DNA of 64,000 nucleotides from an uncultured Acidobacteriota bacterium (GTDB taxonomy: Bacteria > Acidobacteriota > Thermoanaerobaculia > Multivoradales > JAHEKO01). Shown piece after piece: positions 59,341 through 64,000 of this stretch (positions are counted from its first letter, which is position 1; each line of letters begins with the position of its first letter). The DNA is taken from positions 1,088,001 to 1,152,000 of the forward strand of contig CAVQNG010000003.1 in NCBI GenBank assembly GCA_963713825.1, given 5' to 3'. The position numbers and the translations under genes are program-made. A model generated the notes under the pieces. That model worked only from the letters and a program-made list of their open reading frames with translations. It ran no database searches and was not told the DNA's origin.

Positions 59341-60999
59341 ATGAGGAAAACAAGACTCAACGCTTTGGTATTGGTCGCGGTGGCGACGGTGCTCCTGACC
59401 TCGCCGGCTGCTGCCCAGAACAAGCCGAACATCATCTTGATCGTCTCTGACGACACCGGCTACGGCGATCTCGGCCCCTATGGTGGTGGTGAAGGGCGCG
59501 GCATGCCGACTCCGAACATTGACAGGCTAGCCGAGGAGGGCAAGACCTTCTTCTCGTTCTACGCCCAGCCGAGCTGCACGCCCGGGCGCGCAGCGATGCA
59601 AACCGGGCGCATTCCAAACCGCAGCGGTATGACCACGGTGGCTTTCCAGGGCCAAGGCGGCGGACTGCCGGCCGCCGAGTGGACCCTGGCCTCGGTGCTG
59701 AAGACCGCGGGCTACAACACCTTCTTCACCGGCAAGTGGCACCTCGGCGAGGACGACTACGCGCTACCTAACGCCCAGGGCTACGACGAGATGAAGTACG
59801 CCGGCCTCTACCACCTCAACGCCTATACCTATGCGGATCCGACGTGGTTCCCCGACATGAGTCCGGAGCTGCGCGCCATGTTCAAGAAGGTGACAACGGG
59901 TGCTTTGTCAGGTAATGCAGGCGAGAAGCCGGTTGAGGAATTCAAGATCAACGGCCAGTACGTCGACACACCTGACACAAGCACTCCGGAATACCCGGAT
60001 GGCGTCGTTGGGATCCCATTCTTTGACGGCTACGTCGAGAAGGCGTCGCTCGACTATCTCGACAAGGCGGCCAAGTCCGATACGCCGTTTTTCATGAGCA
60101 TCAACTTCATGAAGGTACACCAGCCGAACATGCCGCACCCGGACTTCGTTCACAAGTCCATGTCGAAGTCCAAGTATGCCGACTCCGTCGTGGAGCTCGA
60201 TTCCCGCATCGGTGCGATCATGGATAAGGTGCGCGCGCTAGGCCTCGACGACAACACACTCGTCTTCTACACCACCGACAACGGCGCCTGGCAAGACGTC
60301 TACCCTGACGCAGGCTACACGCCGTTCAGAGGCACCAAGGGCACCGAGCGGGAGGGCGGCAACCGCGTTCCGGCCATCGCCTGGATGCCCGGCAAGATCA
60401 AAGCTCAAACGAAGAACCACGACATTCTGGGCGGTCTCGATCTGATGGCCACGTTCGCCGCCATCGCTGGCGTGAAGCTGCCAGAAAAGGATCGCGAGGG
60501 CCAGCCCATCATCTTCGACAGCTACGACATGTCGCCAGTTCTGTTCGGCACAGGCAAGAGTGCGCGCAATGAGTGGTTCTACTTCACCGAGAACGAGTTG
60601 ACGCCCGGCGCGGCGCGAGTGGGCAACTACAAGGCGATGTTCAATCTGAGGGGCGACAACGGACAGGCCACCGGCGGCCTGGCGGTAGATTCCAACTTGG
60701 GCTGGAAGGGCCCGGAGAAGTACGTCGCCACAGTGCCCCAGGTCTTCGACCTCTGGCAGGACCCGCAGGAGCGCTACGACATTTTCATGAACAACTATAC
60801 GGAGCGAACCTGGATAATGGTGACGATCAGCGAGGCGATCAAGAACAAGATGCAAACCTATGTGAAGTATCCGCCACGTCCTTTGCAGAGCATGTCTTAC
60901 TCGGGTCCGATCACGCTCTCTTCGTACTTCCGGTTCCTGCACATCCGCGAGCAGCTCGAGAAGGAGGGCGTCAAGATCCCGATCCCCACTGGGAACTGA
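59341..60999 (+). CDS. Arylsulfatase (Cys-type, S1 family)
   Basis: Signal peptide, PNIILIVSDD.GYGD, SCTPGRA (CxPxR), GKWHLG, TDNG, EGG.RVP. Confidence 0.93.
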   Translation: MRKTRLNALVLVAVATVLLTSPAAAQNKPNIILIVSDDTGYGDLGPYGGGEGRGMPTPNIDRLAEEGKTFFSFYAQPSCTPGRAAMQTGRIPNRSGMTTVAFQGQGGGLPAAEWTLASVLKTAGYNTFFTGKWHLGEDDYALPNAQGYDEMKYAGLYHLNAYTYADPTWFPDMSPELRAMFKKVTTGALSGNAGEKPVEEFKINGQYVDTPDTSTPEYPDGVVGIPFFDGYVEKASLDYLDKAAKSDTPFFMSINFMKVHQPNMPHPDFVHKSMSKSKYADSVVELDSRIGAIMDKVRALGLDDNTLVFYTTDNGAWQDVYPDAGYTPFRGTKGTEREGGNRVPAIAWMPGKIKAQTKNHDILGGLDLMATFAAIAGVKLPEKDREGQPIIFDSYDMSPVLFGTGKSARNEWFYFTENELTPGAARVGNYKAMFNLRGDNGQATGGLAVDSNLGWKGPEKYVATVPQVFDLWQDPQERYDIFMNNYTERTWIMVTISEAIKNKMQTYVKYPPRPLQSMSYSGPITLSSYFRFLHIREQLEKEGVKIPIPTGN

Positions 61000-61158
61000 G
61001 GTTGCGGCAGCTGTGCCCCGGGGCCATGCCCCGGGGTCTGCTGCTCAACCTCGGCCGACGCCGATCTCCTCAACTACTTGGTGCTCGGGATCACGTGGCA
61101 CCGCCATGGATTCCTACTCCCAGACCGCGTGCCAGTTGGCGGCGGCTGAATAAGTGCA

Positions 61159-61475
61159 TCAAACCAGGCGCCTGATGGCTTCGGTTAGCTCGCTCAAGAT
61201 GGCTGCTAGACGCCGGCTGCAATCAATTCTTCCAGTGGTGTTGGCGATCTCCGAGTGAGCTGGTTGAGGTTGGTGCCGATCCGGCCGAGGCGGTAGACGG
61301 TCTTCTATTCGATCCGCCGTGGCCGTGCACGAGTGATACTGCCAAGGGCAACCCTTCGCATGTAAGTGGAGAGGCACTGGCCGCAAAGATCGGCGCGCTC
61401 GGCGAGGGCGCGGCGTTCTACCGGAGACATCCGCACGGAGACGACCTCGGTCTTGAACGGATTCTCCTCAGCCAC
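61159..61475 (-). pseudogene. mobC: Plasmid mobilization relaxosome protein MobC pseudogene
   Basis: AGGAGG RBS and GTG 61475. RHH-like VVSVRMSPVERRALAERA...LSTYMRRVALG, in-frame TAG at 61305-61307, then LGRIGTNLNQLTR and a frameshift to IANTTG...IRRLV*. Confidence 0.8.
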
Positions 61476-61569
61476 GGGTCCGATTCCTCCTCTTGAGCGC
61501 CCGGCAGGGTCGCGAAAGAGCGCACTTTCCTATGGGGAAGTGCCGAGCCGCCAAGGAACACGCGCCCCC

Positions 61570-61660
61570 GGCGCCGGCTCGATCCTCGACCCGCACCGCC
61601 CCGTGGGCCGAGAAGCCGCTGTGGCGCCAGGACAGGAGGTTGTCGACGGGTGCAAGCCGA
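61570..61660 (-). mobile_element. IS91-family (Y2) transposase fragment
   Basis: VDNLLSWRHSGFSAHGAVRVEDR matches the recalled IS91-like W.HSGFSVH..VRV motif; the rest is absent. Confidence 0.65.
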
Positions 61661-61847
61661 TGCTGGCCAAAAGTGAGTCCCACCTTCGGCACCATTATTG
61701 ACCCTTACCCCTCATTTGAAAGCGCTGTGACAGGCGCCATCATTGCCCTGAGTTTGCCCGAATTGAAACGGCACTTGCGGTCGCGAAGTGTGTCCATAGG
61801 GCATAATATTGACCGTAGCTTTGATCCCTTCCAATGAGGTTTGAAGT

Positions 61848-62783
61848 ATGTTCAGAGAGAACATCCACCGACAACTCCTGGCCGTGATTGCCGCTCTTGC
61901 GTGCACATCGGCCCTGGCCACACCCCCGCCACCACCCGCACCGGAGCTCCAGGACCTCGCCAATGCGATTTACCGGGGCCTGATCGATGTCGAAGGCGCC
62001 ATCTCGCTCAGCGATGGACACTGGCAGGGTGAGCCGTGGGTCGAGGGCGGCGCAAGCGCGCCATCCGCTCAGCTGGTAGGCACCCTTCTCGCGCAGGGTG
62101 ACCTGGATTACGACGGGCGCACGGAGAGCGTCAACCTGGTGAACTACAGCACCGGTGGCACCGGCCAGTTGCTTCACCTCGCCGTCAGCCGCTTTGATGA
62201 GGCGGGTGTGGACAATTTTGCGACCGTGTTCCTGGGCGATCGCGTTATGGTTCGCGATCTCAGGGTTGAAGGCGGCAGAATCATGGCCGACGTGGTTCAG
62301 GCAGGCCCCCATGATGGCGCGTGCTGTCCCGGTGACGTGGTCACGCGCACCTGGCGCCTGCAGGATGGCCAGCTGCAGGAAGTGCCGCTTAACCGCGAGC
62401 CGGAGCGTCTTTCGGCCAATACACTTTCCGGAAGCGATTGGGTATTGAGCCGATGGGGTTTCAAGGAACCCGTGGAAAACGGGATCACGATTACACTTGA
62501 GTATTTGGATGGAAAGTTCACCGGCCATTCGGCCTGCAACCGGTATTTCGCCGGAATCAGCGCGGCCGGCGATGTTGCTGGTGGCATCGAGGTTGCGGAT
62601 GTCGGTGGAACGCGGATGGCCTGCGCTGACGATCGTCTCGCCGCGGCGGAGGACCGTTACCTCGAGGCCCTTCAGCAGGTCAACCGGATTTCGTTCATGG
62701 CCGGGGAGCTGGTGCTGTCCTGGGGACAGGGTTCCAAATTCGGTTCACTTTACTTCCGACGAGAAGAATCGAAATTCGATTGA
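61848..62783 (+). CDS. Secreted META (HslJ-like) domain protein
   Basis: Signal peptide, GP.DGACCP N-domain, C-terminal G.SACNRYF...GTRMAC META motif. Confidence 0.82.
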   Translation: MFRENIHRQLLAVIAALACTSALATPPPPPAPELQDLANAIYRGLIDVEGAISLSDGHWQGEPWVEGGASAPSAQLVGTLLAQGDLDYDGRTESVNLVNYSTGGTGQLLHLAVSRFDEAGVDNFATVFLGDRVMVRDLRVEGGRIMADVVQAGPHDGACCPGDVVTRTWRLQDGQLQEVPLNREPERLSANTLSGSDWVLSRWGFKEPVENGITITLEYLDGKFTGHSACNRYFAGISAAGDVAGGIEVADVGGTRMACADDRLAAAEDRYLEALQQVNRISFMAGELVLSWGQGSKFGSLYFRREESKFD

Positions 62784-63601
62784 CCGCTTCTCCAAGGGCA
62801 AGAAGCCATCGCTATGGATGGGGTCCCGCCCCTTTTTTGCACTGACGCTATTTTGTTTGTCGATCACGCAAAGCGCCTGAACCCAACGGCACCCACGCCC
62901 AGCATATTGTAAAAGACATTGATGCCGCGCTGGGTATCGTTGTTGACTGCATCATCCTCGACGGCCTCGGTGGCGGTAGCGGAGCAGGAATTTGGTTTTC
63001 CGAGCAGCAAGGCTATGGCGCCTGAGATTGCCGCGCACCTGCCTCTACAGGGCTGTCTGTGCGCGGGAGACCGTGGGCAGTCTCCGAATCCAGCCGAGAG
63101 TCCTCGAGTTCGAGACCGCGATTTCTATCGGGGGCCGCTTGAGGAAGATGCCGGACAGAAGTAGGAAGTCGCTTTTCTGAGCAGGAGTTTGTTCCAGCCC
63201 TGGGGTGTCGACGCTCGCCTGGCGATGCAGTTTGGGCGGCCGCGACCCTAGGGATTTATTGTAGACGAGCTGGGAATCGTTCCGGGAACACAGGTAACGA
63301 CCCTAGTCGCCTGACTCGGGCCGTGCCGAGAGAAAGAACATCGTATCCCGGCAAGTCGGTTTGAGGCTGGCCTCGACCTGTATCGCGAGGCGAGGCAGGT
63401 CCAGTTCGGCTTCCACCAAACCGCTCGTGAGGTGCAACTCCTCGTCTCCCAGGCGGAGATCGAGCTCGAGCAGTTGCTGGCGCCCCGAGGGGCCCCCCTG
63501 ACGAAAGGTCCCCGAGCCGGTCACCGCGGGGCCACTACCGGTCCGCCTGGATCTCGAGCACATCGAACGTCTGGAGCTCGCCTTCCTCCCCGATTTCTCG
63601 C

Positions 63602-63799
63602 AACAGGAACGTCCCGCTCAGCCACGGGGCCTATGCTGCCATCGGGATCTTCGGCCAATTCGTCTACGTGCACCCCGACAGCAACCTGGTAGTCGCGATG
63701 TGGAGCGCGCAGCCCAAACCCGTGGGCACCGAGGTGATCGAAGAGCAGGACTTCTTCAACGCGCTGGCGAAAAACCTCGAGTCTTGGCAACCGGACTGA
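63602..63799 (+). pseudogene. C-terminal fragment of a serine hydrolase (beta-lactamase class C/NylB-like)
   Basis: Manual translation GAYAAIGIFGQFVYVHPDSNLVVAMWSAQPKP...FFNALA*; no upstream SxxK region or start. Confidence 0.6.
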
Positions 63800-64000
63800 G
63801 TCTGGCTTCACTAGAAGGACAATACTCCACGACACCTGACAGCGATGGGCCGCCTCGGCTGGCAAACACTTCTTCCCTGCTGGGTGTCCAATCACTCTAG
63901 AACAGGCCGTCCTACCTCCTAAAAGAGGTGCCAACCGAACCTGGCTCCCAACAGGGACGAGGGTACCCCGGTTCCCGGTTGTGACTCCCGAATCACCGAC

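Noticed and set aside
61110-61160. Relaxase start coupled to mobC (TGATG)
   Set aside because: The frame closes after about 22 codons with no relaxase motif.
57342-64000. Intact prophage, ICE or integron
   Set aside because: No integrase, structural or conjugation genes, and no attC-type inverted core sites seen in the window.

Overview
GC-rich bacterial chromosomal segment, probably Acidobacteriota (Thermoanaerobaculia-like). That placement is inferred from an acidobacterial-type VWA protein, a C-terminal FxDGFESGD motif and the amidase-GerMN-rph neighbourhood. It holds about 45 intact CDS. These include a large MscS channel, malate dehydrogenase, an APC-USP-DUF389 triple fusion, a patatin-POTRA-Omp85 (PlpD-like) protein, an HD-GYP phosphodiesterase, an RND pump, a cobalamin-riboswitch-controlled btuB-F-D-C operon, a complete F1Fo ATP synthase operon and a cell-wall cluster. 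There are five tRNAs. Most notable: (1) the atp operon looks Planctomycetota-like and its alpha subunit carries a ~68-aa insertion. (2) A family of modular intergenic repeats is present: a ~165-nt long-hairpin element with G-U pairs, GTAG-type REPs, octamer tandem repeats and a ~95-nt module in inverted orientation at both ends of the 11-kb atp block. (3) tRNA-Glu(CTC) is followed by duplicated 3' ends (att-like) and a decayed island with CIA30-DUF4174, an IS481 stub, a sulfatase, a mobC pseudogene, an IS91 fragment and a META protein. No CRISPR array, integrase or intact transposase was seen. All family calls come from motif recognition by eye; no searches were run.
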